A stretch of 64,000 nt of DNA from Octopus sinensis (lineage: Eukaryota): contig NC_043000.1 of NCBI RefSeq assembly GCF_006345805.1, positions 124,310,001-124,374,000 on the forward strand, in the 5' to 3' direction. The notes below the pieces were generated by a model. That model was not told the DNA's origin. It saw only the letters and a list, made by a program, of their open reading frames with translations, and made no database searches. Positions 25,523-38,934 of this stretch are shown here, one piece after another; the stretch's first letter is position 1, and each line of letters opens with the position of its first letter. Both the position numbers and the translations under genes were made by a program.

Positions 25523-26449
25523 CAAAATATATTGCATATATATTAAACAATATATTGACTGGTTATGGCTGGAACACAAAGGTGTTATTTCCTTTTATAG
25601 TGGATATTGAAACAAAATCAATTTTAATAAGTATATGCTCTTATAATAGTGTATATAGACAAACTAAGATACACAGTAGCATATAAACAATGTAAGTGCA
25701 CATCATCATTTTAATTTTACATATTACATCTGAATCTTTTTAATGTTAGTAAAATAGGAAACAACCTTGATCAATAAAATTTCCAATATGGGCATGATAA
25801 AGAAAATGATGAACATGACATATATTATTACTATCACAGCAAAAATGTGACATTATAATTGTGATTTACACTCTTTGTAACACTTTGATTAGCTTGGATA
25901 ACATCTCCAGTTATGTCATCCCAAATACTGCTATGTAAATGGGACAGGCAAGCATTTACTTCTCATGTATAATGTGCATCCTTAATTTTTGAGTTTAAAA
26001 ATTTGGAAGAAAAAGAGGGTATTATGCATGAATAAATATAGTAATATGCGTGGCTATGTGGTAAGAAATTCGCTTCCCAACCACATGGTTTCAGGTTCAG
26101 TCCCACTGCATGCACTGTGGGCACTCCGACCTCATAAAACCCTCACCAGCAATGACTACCCAAACAGACCAATGGGTTGGAAGATAGTCACTTGAGTGGT
26201 GCAATGGTGTCATCCACCAGAGATAAGGAATCACCAACAAATGGTGGATGCAGTGACATGCTGTTACAGAGCAGGACACCATACCATCGCCACCAACACC
26301 TTTAGTATGTTGTCCTAAGCAGTGACATCTCAAGTCATGTGCACACTGGGTAGTTGTTCGGGGAGGGGCCTCATGGGTCTAGGAGCCCAATTCTGATATA
26401 TGTATGCTGTGGCTGGTTGTCAATAAATAATAAATACCATAGGGCCCAA

Positions 26450-26765
26450 TGCATTGATTTACTTGTTTGTTCCTTCTCGAGCCATGACTGGCTCATAAGG
26501 GCCGGCTTCCCAGTTTCCTTGGCGTATATGTTCCCCACCTGGACAGGACGCCAGTCCATCGCAGGTGAGATGCAAGATGCAGGAGGAAAGAGTGAGAGAA
26601 AGTTGTGGCAAAAGAGTCAGCAGAAGTTCGCCATTACCTTCTGCTGGAGCCGCGTGGAGCTTAGGTGTTTTGCTCATAAACACACACATCGCCTGGTCTG
26701 ATATTTGAACCCGCGATCCCTTGACTGCAAGTCCGCTGCTCTAACCACTAGGCCATGTGCCTCCA
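26450..26765 (-). mobile_element. tRNA-derived SINE with a V-domain-like centre
   Basis: Head ggcacatggcctagtggttagagcagcggacttgcagtcaagggatcgcgggttcaaat; centre acctgcgatggactggcgtcctgtccagg resembles the V-SINE conserved domain as I recall it. Confidence 0.75.
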
Positions 26766-26969
26766 CTATTGATTTACTTAGGGGGCTATATTGCTGCTAA
26801 GATGGCTCTGGTCTTAACTATATTCAAGATGAGTGATCACTATTTGAAATCATGATGCTTAGTTAGCATTTCAAGTTTCAGCTTTATCATTCACAAGCAG
26901 GAAATGGAGAGACAGTACTGTAGTCATGTTTGATTCATATAATTTCTGTGCTGTGAGGCTACTGTATAG

Positions 26970-27265
26970 GGTAAAAAAACCCTTCAGTCACATATGACCA
27001 TGAGATTGCACCAAGAAAGTTACCCTTCTAGGTATAAGTCTGGGCAAGGTAGTTTATGGAAGACCAGCAGTCGCCCATGTATACCAGCCTCTCCTCTCCA
27101 CACCACCGATGTTACCCAAGGAAAAGGCAGAGGCCAATACAGTTTGGTACCAGTGACGGTGCAACTCATTTCAACAGCTGAGTGAACTGGAGCAATGTGA
27201 AATAAAGCCCAGTCCAGGAATCAAACTCACTACCTCGTGATTGCAAGCCAGATGCTGTAACCACA
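26970..27265 (-). mobile_element. SINE family E
   Basis: Reverse complement: gtggttacagcatctggcttgcaatcacgaggtagtgagtttgattcctgg (tRNA-like), then ttgctccagttcactcagctg...ggctggtatacatgggcgactgctggtc. Confidence 0.8.
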
Positions 27266-28663
27266 GTCATGCACCTTCACAAACGTTGCATGCTACTGAA
27301 TAAGACTACATTTAATATGACCATACTGGAGAATATTTCCAGGAGCTCAGTTCATAGATGTAATGCAAGGTTGGTGAAAAATATCTAGGTTGTGAGTAGA
27401 TAATCCGAAGGAGTATACCTGATAAGAAGTAGTTGAGAAGAGGCATTTAATACAGCCTCAGAGGTATTTAGGAAATATAGTTGAACCATTTTACACTCTG
27501 AGTTAAGAGAATGAAGATAAGGGAGAGTGAGAGATGTATCAAAACACACACGCTGAAATGAAGTAAGCTGACAAATTTCATATCCAAGAGAACAGATATA
27601 ATTAATAGCTACTCCCAAGCTGACATCAAGCCATATTGTCACATTCAAAGAGCTCAAAAATAAGAGAGCTATTGGTGCATGATATGAGAGAGTAGATGCT
27701 GGATAGAAATGGTTCAATGGTGATCATTTGACCACCACAACATAGGGAAAGGAACCAAAAAATATTAGAAAAATAGTTTTTCAAGACTGCTTCTTTGATA
27801 TTAAAAGTGAGTGTAATACACTTGTGGTTGGTGGAGGGTTATTCTTTGGGGATATGACATGTTCTCATGTTTTCATAAGTTGGAGATAGATACCCATAAA
27901 AAGAGGGAAGTTAGAGTTTGATAAGGACAGAAACCAAAATAGAGGCTCATTGAGGGTGATGACAGTAACACTGCCATAACAAGTCATCTTGCCAGGCTGA
28001 GACAAAAGTAAAAGTTTCTGTATTTAGATGACTGTTGCACACGAAGGCTTGATAGGTGGGATTTGAGAAAGTGAGTTCAGTTTCTGAATGGATTTGGAAG
28101 CAAGACGGTGCTTTATTCATGGCCACTCAAGATATTGCTCAGAATTATCTTGATTGAAAAAGAGCAGCAAAAAAGTACTCTGCAAAATAGGTGGAGATCT
28201 TCTCAATAAGGAATCAGAAAGTCTGACCTTAATTTGAAAAGCAAGAGAACTCACAGAATATGTAAGGCATAAAAGTATCCTCTCTTTTGTGTGAATGACT
28301 TTTACATGACCAGAAGTTATTTTGTCAAAATACTGCAGGCAGAATCTATCTTTTACTGCTTCAATCATGGGATTGTGGCCATGCTGGGAAACTGCTTTGA
28401 AGGGTTTTGTCAAACTTATGCCAGACACTTATTCTATCAGTTCTTATTACCAAACCATTAATTTAGGGGACATAAATAAACCACCACCGGTTTTCAAGTA
28501 GTGATGGGGGTCAGACATAACACTAACACACACATATAAACTGACTACATAAGAAGTGAAGTGAGAGAATAGATGCTTATTCCATCAGTTGACAGCCGTT
28601 TCGTAATCTGCATTAATTACATAAACAATGCTATACCATCCATTATGCATATACATATGTGTG

Positions 28664-28710
<47 letters not shown>

Positions 28711-30389
28711 GAATATACACACACACACACATATAACTATAATTGTGCTGTAACATGAATTGACAACACTTCAGGACATTTCATAGCATGAAACAACACT
28801 CATTCTCTCACTTTACTTATCATATTAGGTTAATTTTTACACATACTTTCCACCGTTGTGACTCCTAGATTTTTCAGAATGATGGAAAGGTTACATCCTA
28901 GCCTTAACCATGGTCATTCTCAATAGCCATGCACCAGGCAGGGATTTTACTGTGAGCTCTGTTTGATTCTTTGACTCCCTAGGTGATGGGCTTCTTTCAG
29001 TTCCTATCTACCAAACCCACTTACCAAGCTTTGGTTGGCCTGTGGTATAGTAGAAGACACTTGACCAAGGTGCCATGCAACGGGATGGAACCCAAGACCA
29101 CATGGATGGAAAGTAATCTTCTTAACCATACAATCACACATGTGTGGTTAAGAAACTTGCTTCTATTTTATGTGTCTTGTATGAGAACTGCTGGTATTGG
29201 AAGTTGTTGAGATTTTGGTGTATGTGAGATAAGGAAGAACATATCTACATGGGCAGTTTTTGTTCATGGCTTAGCTTAATCAAATGGATTTTAGTAGAAG
29301 TATTTCATTACAAATATGTAGTCAGTGTAGAATTAGTAAAGCTCTGACGTATCAGCTGACCATAGAGATCAAAAGATAGGTAGTGTGTGGTGAATTGACC
29401 GTGGTGAATTGACCTTGAGTAAGTTGTGCTTTGATTAGACAGTAATCGGATAATTTTATGAGGGAAGATACTGTAATGTTGAGTTTGGAATTGAGAAAGG
29501 AAACGAATGGCAAACTGATGTAGCTAATTCATCATGATGAAAATAGATTTTTCAATACCAGAGAGTGCACCATGCCAGCATGGAAAATGGATGTTAAATG
29601 ATAATGATGAGGTAGATGGTAGATTTTATAATATGTTGCACAAATGCAGAAAGTAATATTTAGTCATTTAACTCTCTAGATTAAAAAAAAAATGTACACA
29701 GATGTAACTAGCAATAGGATCTGTAAAATAAAATCCTTAAACTGTTTGGGTGGCTTGTAGGGTGATTACAGTGAAATGTATAAACTTTAAAAAGGTGTGA
29801 AGAATTGTCTCTCAAGCTAATGTTGGAAAGTCCAAGCAGTTGCTTGACTTACTAGATATAGCAACCAAGTCTCTTTCATATTATACTCTCCTGTCTTAGA
29901 AAAAAGGGAGAGACACATAAGATAATATAGTCCTAGATATCCCTAAAAAAGCAGGATGGTCACAACTGGAATGCTTTTGAGCAAAAGTATGCCCAATCAA
30001 GGATGATTTGGAGCTAAACAACAATAGCAAAGTGTTTCTCCCTAGATCCAAAAAGAAGCATTATGCTGATACTTCTTAGTAGAGAGAGAGATAGAGATTA
30101 GAATATATAAGATGTGCAGAAGGTGGAAAGAAATGAGTCAGGTATGGTTTGTTGAATGTGTAATGCTAAGTTGCATGAAAAGCAGAATAGGAGTGAGCTG
30201 AGGGAGTGGTTGAGTTTGGAAAGCATTAACCAAATGAGCAGGAGAGACAACTGGCATAATATGGACATGTGATGTGTATGCATAAGTAACTACTGATTGA
30301 AAAAGTACCAGCTGAAGGTGCAAGCAGTAATGAATAACCAAGGATACACTAGGGATAAGTAAAATAAATAAATATATATATATATATAT

Positions 30390-30655
30390 CATCACCATTA
30401 TTTAACGTCCACTTTCCATGCTGGCATAGGTTGGACAGTTTGACTGAGGACTGGCAAGCTGGGAGGCTACACCAAGCTCCAATCTGATTTGGCAAAGTTT
30501 CTACAGCTGGATGCCCTTCCTAATGCCAACCACTCCAAGAGTGCAGTGGGTGCTTTTTACATGCCACCAGGGCCAGTCAGGCAGCACTGGTACTGACCAC
30601 GCTCAAATGGTGCTTTTTACATGCCACTGACATGGGCGCCAGTCAGGTGGCATAT
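30390..30655 (-). mobile_element. SINE family C
   Basis: catcaccattatttaacgtccactttccatgctggc...ctacagctggatgcccttcctaatgccaaccac. Confidence 0.85.
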
Positions 30656-33600
30656 ATATGTGTGTGTGTGTGTGTTAGGACATGGCTATGTGGTTAAAAA
30701 TTTCACTTCACAACTACATGGTTTCAGGTTCAGTCCCACTATGTGACACTTTCAGCAAATGTCTTTTACTATAGTAACAGGCCAATCAGTGCCTGACATA
30801 AATTGTAAAGAAGCCTGTTATATATATATATATATTATACACACATATAAATCACCATTGCTCTTCCTATCAGCAATCCAAATAAGATATTCCCCCCTTG
30901 TCCTTTAATTTACAAAACAGTTCAAAGGCACATGCTTTTGTAGAGAGTTGTAAGCAAATGACACTATGTATGACAATGAGTTTTGTTTACAATTTGGACA
31001 AACATGTCAAGAGGAAAAGACACACACAACACATTCACACACAACAGGCTTCTTAGAGTTTCCATCTATCAAGCTTCACTCACAAGGCATTGAGTAACCC
31101 ACAGCTGTACTTGAAGACACTAGCCAACAGTGTCCATGTGGTGGGAATAAACACTAAAACATCTGGTCTCAAAATAAAATTCTTAACCACATAGCCATGG
31201 CATCATTTATCTTATATATCATACACACACACACAAGTGAGTGCATGAGTGTTTTATCTCAACATTGGAGAATCAGCTGTAAAGGCTTGCAAGTTACTTG
31301 GCGGCATTACTGGTGCTGGTGTCATGTAAAAAAAGCACCCCATACACTGTAAAGAGGTTGGCATTACAAAAGGCATCCAGCCATAGAAACCACGCCAAAG
31401 CAGACAGTAGAACTTGGCACAGTCTTCTAGCTCACCAGCTCCAGTCAAACAGTCCAACACATGTCATCAAGGAAAACAGACGTTACATGGTGATGATGAT
31501 GTCTTTGTATTGAGATTGCTTGAAAAGAATCGACATTTCTGTGCGTAGCCCAGTGGTTTGGCATAGAAGACTAACAGAGGAATAAAGTGTTTCACTTGGA
31601 AACGAGTTGGCATCAGGAAGGGCATTCAGCTATAGAATCTGACCTCAAGAAATGTCTCAAACCCATTCCAGCACAGAAAAGAGAACACGACAATGAAGAG
31701 GGTGAGGAGGACGAACAATTATTTCACTGGTTCCAGAAACGAAGATTAAATGAACCTCAAGTCGATTTCAGTCTTGAACCAGCAGGCTCCAAACTAGATA
31801 AAGCTTATGATTCTATCTCATGTTAATATTAAGCAAGTAGTGTTTAATACTTTGTCTTAGGGTGACAATTATTTTTATAATTCCTCCTTAGATGTATCAA
31901 TACCAATATTTAAAAATAATTGGTGCTATTTATGGGGGTTTTTTTTTCAGTGTTTGCAAAATTTATGAATATATAACACAATGCTGATTAATATCTAATA
32001 ATTAATACTGAGAAAGATTAAACTTAATTCTGCACTAGACTATTTCATGGATTTGTGATTGTTTCACTTCATTTCTCAGTTTGGCTCTGGTATTTATGGT
32101 AACTTCCTTCTCTAAAGGGCAATTTTGTTTCTTTTATATAGTTTGTCATAGGTACAAAATATTTTGCTCTGTCCACCTCTACACCTAAATGAAATTCTGC
32201 CAGGATTGAGTTTTGTCATCTCTACTACTAGTAATACACTAAAGTTCACTAATCCAGCGAAATCATAATTAAAAAAGAAGCTAACCAAATCGTCCACAAA
32301 TCTAATATATCATAAAATCAATGAATATCTATTCAATGTAGTCCAATTCTGATACAAACCGCTACATTCAGGGCCTATAAAAGTTATTCAACCATATAAA
32401 GTACTAGATGTTTAAAAAAATGAAAAGACAGAATTTATCTGCAATTTATGTCCCATTTTAAACCGTGTAAATAATGAAAGAAAACCACGGATCAGGACGA
32501 TTTAAAAAGAACACCTTCAACTATCAATGCTTTTTCTAATGTTTTTTTTTTAAATTATTTTTTTCTTTTCTTAACGGAAGTGTCGTCAGAAATTTATGGC
32601 TTTCATCTTATTATTTTTTACGGCCATGTAGTCGCCTTTCCAAAATTAGAGGCCTCGAGACTGCAGCAGACAATGTTTACTAATAAAATATGGAGAAATG
32701 GTCCCATTTAATGTTCTAAGTTTCCGTAAGAAATTATATTTTTGCAACAAAACGTAGATTGGCAGATGTTGATAAAAAAAACAAAACAAGAGGTCAAACT
32801 AATTTGATAGGTCAGAAGATATCAGAACGTAAACAACCAAATCAAAGCCATTGCATGTTTGAGACTAAGCTATTTGACAAACTAAGCGTAACTGACATAT
32901 CTTACTGATCAATGACCCATATAAGCAATCAAGTTTACTATTATATCATCTGGCCTTCCCTTATGACATTTTGCGATGACTGTACATAGAATTTTCGATT
33001 ATAATTTCAATTCAACATATTCCAAACGTCCTAAGAGCGAAATCGAAACCTCATCCGTAAATTTCAAAGGGTAACCGTAGAAACTATTTTATGTCTTTAA
33101 GACCAATTTCCTCCATTTGTTTTTAAACTGCAAAGGGTTAATAAACAAGGGCGATAAACATTTTTAATGGATGGAGTCACGTCCCTTCTTAACTATTACT
33201 AACGCCCAGCCAGCAAGCCAAGCCTGCCTGCTGACATCATAGAAACTTAGTCAGCCCAAACCTGATGACATTACAAGATACAATCATAACGAAAATCTAT
33301 ACTGCAGCAATTACTTCATTTACGTTAACAATACACAAATATTGAAAACTGGTTACTCATTAGAAGCGACTGGACAAGAGACACTGGGTGGAGTCCAGTG
33401 ACAAGAGCCGAAGTTAAATTACAGAAATCCAGGAAATAGATTATCATCAAAGTATCGCGTTACTAATTAAATTGTTAATGACCCTTGCCATAATCAAGTT
33501 GTTACGAAACATTCTTTAGAGAAATTCGACATAATAATAAAAGTAATTTTCAGAATCAATACAGATATCTTACAGCGAACATATATCTAAATACGAAGTT

Positions 33601-35829
33601 GGACTTAATAAAACACGTTTTATACAAAAAAAAAAACGTGTGTCTCAAAGCTAGTGACACCTGTCTAATGGACTCACCTATTGGCCAACAAGGTAGCAGG
33701 TTGGGACTTGAAGAAATTATTATAGCACCACGTGCATTTTGTTTATAGTAATAATTATTTTTATCTAAGGATAAGGTTATTGTTTTGAGAATGACGTAAA
33801 CAGAATCGGTATAATCAACCTCAATATTTTACTGGTATATAATTTTCACTTCAAAAGGGCGAAAAACAAAATTAGCCAACAAGATTTGAACCGAGAACAG
33901 CAAATTTGGGATATAATCAAGCATTAAGTTCGGTCATATCCACTGGCCTATAATAATAATAATACAGGCACAAGGCAATACATTTTTAGAAGAGTGCGGG
34001 TACGATAATAATAATAATAATACAATCTTGTTTGAAAAGTAAACTGCTTTGTAACAAAACAATAAAAGTTGTTCCCAAATGAAATAAAACAGTTATATGT
34101 ATTAATATTTCAATTTTCGATATTAGGATTCCCAGCAAACAAATGGCCGATACATGTACAGAAACATATTTAAAAAAACAAAACAAAATTTAATTACATT
34201 GTCAAAAATGATTAGTTTATTAAACGCTATGTAGGACTGATTGTTTTTGTTTTTGTCCGGACTCGTAAGTAATAAGCTAAAGACCTCAGTCTATCTGTTG
34301 AGACAATTCTATTAATCAGCGTGGTCTAAGCCAGCAACTCACGTTCTATTTCTCGAAATGAGTAAGTAAAAAATAAAAAAATAAAAACTTATCCTGACAT
34401 TTCGAGGTTTTCTAAAAAGGTTATCTGGATTGTAGACCCTGTTACAAAATCTGATGCTGTAGATAGGGTAAACTCTACCCGATTCACATACCCTCCACTA
34501 TCAATGCTTTTCTAATTTTTTTATTACTTTTTTTTTTATTAACAAGACAGTATCGCTAGAAACTTATGGTTTCTGTCTAACATGAGCAAAATCTTTTATT
34601 TATTTATTATTTTTTTAATGGCCATGTAGAGTCACTGTCGTTTGCACCTTTCCAAAAATAGATGGATCGAGACTGCAGCCGGCAGTGTTTACTAATGAAT
34701 GTCATTTAATAATAGTAATGAGCATGACGACGATGATGATGATAAAATGTCACTGGTAAGTTGGCGATGATAGTGATCATTGTTGGTGGCGAGATATATT
34801 ATGAGGTTAACGATCGGATCAAGAAGATATGATATTGTGTCATATTTGTGTTATTAACTGAAGCAAACCTCGTAAAGTCATGATTCAACAGTTGAACCGA
34901 ACTATACACAAACGTGAGAAGTTATCATGGAAGACATGAATTATTATTATCTCGGGTTAGGACAGACACTTGTTATAAATAAATAAATAAATGAATAACA
35001 ACAATGACGATTTCTAACAAAGACAAAAAAATAATAAAACTTCTTTTGACAAGACAGAAGGCCACAGTGCAGAGAGGTAGTCAGTAGAGGTATCATTTTA
35101 TATGACTGGTACTTATTTCGTTGCCCTCTGGCGGATGAAATGACAGAAACTATCAACAAAATTAAAGTTATGTACATAGAGGAGGAAAAAAAACTCACCA
35201 CCTCACATTGGAGAGAGTGAGAAAAAGTTTTGAGTAATATTTAATTTACAATTTTGTTTTTAAAAATGGTTATTTTGTAGACTTCCTTTTCAATTGACAC
35301 CTAAAAGGGGGAATTAATCGAATTAACGAAAAGCACCGAAATTCAATGGAAATAAGACAAATGTATTTTGTGTATTTGCGTGAATGTATCAGGACACACG
35401 AGGAATGCAGTTACGGTAGGAAATGTGTAGAAAACTGTACAACATATACAAAGTAGCCATCACAAGTGATCACAACATGGCCAATATTACAATCTCGTAG
35501 ACAACACAAGACATACATGAGTGCAACATATACAATCGTACGAAGCATTACAGACATACATACACACATTATATATATATATATAAACGTATATCTGATT
35601 GTAAATCTTAATCTACCATAGCATACACATGCGTGAGTGTGTGTATGTCAGTGTATGTGTAATGTATATTTCAAAAATGAAATAAAAATAGACTTGGTGT
35701 GTATGTGAGTGGAGGGAAAAAGAAATGAGGGGTATGATAATGAGAATGGTAGGATGGGTGGGCAGAAAACCCATATACATATACACACAAACAAACAAAA
35801 ATATAATTCATGTGATTGTTGTAACTCAC

Positions 35830-35936
35830 CTTTTGCAGGGAAGCAGTGAACAGGTTTTGCCACTTGGATACGTTGGCTTCGGAGGAGAAATCATAGGTCA
35901 ATCTCTCGTTAGCTGCACTGGACGTGGAAAACATCA
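35830..35936 (-). CDS. Probable first coding exon of an unidentified gene (MFSTSSAANERLTYDFSSEANVSKWQNLFTASLQK)
   Basis: Long pyrimidine tract (ttttttttcttctcttctctcgtccacccctcc) followed by aaacag|TG ATG; strong donor AAG|gtgagt at 35830/35829. Only one of three frames is open, and the exon lies within the CpG-rich promoter domain. Product not recognised. Confidence 0.6.
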
Positions 35937-36269
35937 CTGTTTGTTGCGATAATTTGGTGGAGGGGTGGACGAGAGAAGAGAAGAAAAAAAAATATCACGT
36001 TTTGAAAGGTGAAGGGAGTGGGGGGAGAGAGATGACTGGTAGTTCAATGCTTATTATGATGATGATTATTATTATTACTACTATTATTATGATTGTTGTT
36101 AATTTCCTTTCTTTTTCTCCCTCCTCCAACTCCAAAACTAAAATATCCTTATTTTTGTCTCTCTTTTTCCTTCGTTTTTGCTGTTGCTTGCTGTTGTTGT
36201 TGTTGTCGTCCGTCCGTCCAGTTACTGAATATTTTTTTTTTGTTTTCCCCCCTAAAGGCTACTATCGCC

Positions 36270-36700
36270 TTTAGTTGACGGCTGCAGCAGCAGTAGTAGT
36301 AGTGGTGCTATCACTACTACTGCTACTACTACAACTACTACTACTGCTGGCTTCACAGATGCAATGATGGTGTAATGCAGCAGTAGTATTGCTGGATATT
36401 ATTACTATGACACGGACCAGACCAGACGTGGTGGTAGTAGTGCCAATGCAAGTAGTGGTGGTAGTAGTAGGTGTAACAACGGTGGTAGTCGCAGTAGTAG
36501 TGGTGTTAGTAATATTGCAAGACGTAGTGATAGTGATGATGATGGTGGTGGTGGTGGTGGTCTTTTACAATAGTTTTTTTTTTCCCTATCCCACAACCAC
36601 TACTACAACTCCTTACGACGTAGTAGCAAAAAATAGGGGTGCGGTTAGAGTAGACGTTATCACCAGAGTAGTAACAAAATAGTGGTGGTAGCAGTAAACA
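36270..36700. repeat. Compound trinucleotide repeat tract (CAG/TAG/CTA/GGT/GAT)
   Basis: Imperfect runs such as gcagcagcagtagtagtagt, ctactactactg and gatgatgatggtggtggtggtggt. Confidence 0.85.
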
Positions 36701-38619
36701 CTGGAGGCATTCTAAACGGACCTTAACGACTGGTGCATGCTTCTTCGTCTCACCTCTTCCTACTTCTATTACTACTGCTACCCCGTCTACAATCTATACT
36801 AATACTTCACCTCCTTTTTCGTACCCCCCCTTTTGTTGCTTTAATTTAATCTTTTTTTATTGTAGCTTTCTTGCTTTTCTCCGTTCTTTCTTTCCTTCTG
36901 TGTTATCACCGTTTGTCTTTTTTTTTGTTTTGTTTTGTTATGTATTTTTCTAATCTACCTCACACGTTCCTACTGTGTCGCTTTCGTCTCAATCTTTACT
37001 CCTTCAACAGCTTCACGACACCACGAACTTGTGATCTTCCTCCGCGCCGTCTGTCCAGCAACAAATACAAATCGACTTTCTTTTTTATCCCCCTGAAAGA
37101 CCTAGAAATTTCACTTTTAATTGTTGTTCTCCAAGTTGCTGTTGTTGACGATATGATGACAGTTGTTTGCAGGATTTCAGTGGAGATTTTGATTCCGACT
37201 GAATTTGTTTTTCTCCTAGTTGAGGTGTCATGTACACTAGAGCCATCATCATCTCCAATAACACAACACATAAATAGATCGATGCAAACAAATAATATAG
37301 ATGCTTACAACTATTTATTATTATTATGCTTTTTTCTAATTCCGTAAATATCAGTTCAATGTCATTTAACTAGAGTTTTAATTTAAACCCTTTACTAATT
37401 AATATCATCAGAAGAAAGTATACTTTACTTAATGACATAAATACATAGTTTGCATGCATATATTTACACACATTTATATCTAGTCTAAATAGCATTCATA
37501 ATGTTAAGTTATGCCGATATAACAAATATTACTTGCATATTTTTTTTTTTTTTTCGTTTATCTGTTATTTTGTAATAATGAGACTAGCAACTAAACACAC
37601 TAGTAGATTGCTACAACGTAGGAGACTGATGTTTTTAACAGTCACAATAAAAGAAATAATGTGAAAGAAACTAGTAAAGAGGTGGAGTAAACTACTTGAA
37701 AGAGGACAGCAATATGATTCTGAGAAACACAAGTAAAGACATACATAGAACCAAGTTATGTGCATTTATAATCTGTACATGCATATACATACTTTCAATG
37801 TGTATTGTACAGCAGACAACTCTTCTGTTGTGTTGAGGTCTTTGAGGACTGATGATACATACATGCATGTAGGTTTTGAAAATAGATCAGGCATTAAAAA
37901 GAAAACTAGTTTGTTGACGTTTTGTTTCCCCCGTCAAGGGAAAAGAAGAAGAAAAAGACTAGATTGGAAGTGTTGTGCCCTTATTGTCTCATTGCAATAC
38001 ATAAAGTAAATGGTAACAGATTAGTGTGAAGGGGAGGGGGGAGAATAAATGGTGGGTGCAGTGGTGATAGTAACAGTAGAAGAAAATATTGAAGGAGGGA
38101 GGTAGAGTAGGAGTAGAGTCAATAAGAGAGAGAGAGAGATGAAGAAGGAGAGGGGGGAGTAGTGAGGGCAAGTACAGTGCGAGGCCTCTTCGCCGTCGCC
38201 GACGTCGATGGAGAGAAAATACTGTTTTACGCCTCGCTTAGTCCCAAGTATTCCTCGTCAGTTTTGTTACTTGTATACTTATCCAATGGCAATTAACGGT
38301 TAGGTTCCTTATTTAGAATTGTCTGTTTTGTTACTTTCTTCTTTTTTTTTCTTTTTACTTTGTCTCCATTGTGGTGGTGTTTATTTACTCTCTTCTTTAG
38401 ACTGAACAAAATAAATGGCCAGGATGTTTACAGCAGGGGAGAAGAAGAAGGGCAAAAAAAAAAAAAAAATTCGTCTACTTCTTTGAGCATCAACGATTTT
38501 CACTTCGTACAACGTGCGTATGGAGTGGCGGTGTATATTATATTATGTATGTGTGTGTGCGCGCGCGCGTGCGTGAACCCTTTGTGTCATTCTACCAGTG
38601 TTAGTTCCTTTCTCGTCGC

Positions 38620-38910
38620 TCACTTGTGCCCCTCTTTATCTATTATTAGCGGCGATAGTCATAGAGGTGCTAACCCTTCTCGTCTACTGCCACCGTCGTC
38701 TTCCTAACACTACACAAGAAGAAACGTCTCGGAACATTGGACGCATGCGTAGTTGCCGCATGGTTCTTGTATAAAAGTTTAGTCGTTCTTCTTGGCCACT
38801 TGCCAAGTAGTAGAGAGGGGGAAAAATAATAATAATAAAATAAAAAGCAGGTCCATTAACGGGGTGGGCGAAGTCACACATATTTACACAGACAAACCGC
38901 CATCTATGTT
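38620..38910 (-). promoter_or_regulatory. Probable promoter / first non-coding exon of the unidentified minus-strand gene
   Basis: CpG-rich and repeat-poor. NRF1-like palindrome ACGCATGCGT at 38741-38750, YY1-like CCGCCATCT near 38897, candidate donor CAA|gtgagc at 38624/38623. Confidence 0.5.
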
Positions 38911-38934
38911 CACAACTGAAGAACCTCTACGCGG

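Noticed and set aside
26690-26765. tRNA-like sequence with A and B boxes (and similar heads at 2363, 14159, 43433, 46296)
   Set aside because: Each continues directly into a SINE body and lacks a complete cloverleaf; these are SINE heads, not tRNA genes.
27290-28380. Decayed coding-like DNA, possibly an old CR1/L2-type LINE on the minus strand
   Set aside because: I could not recover a diagnostic motif, so it is left unassigned.
36389-36682. Val-rich 97-aa ORF on the plus strand resembling a membrane protein
   Set aside because: A product of the GTG/GTA triplet repeats, antisense to the inferred gene and without splice or start support.
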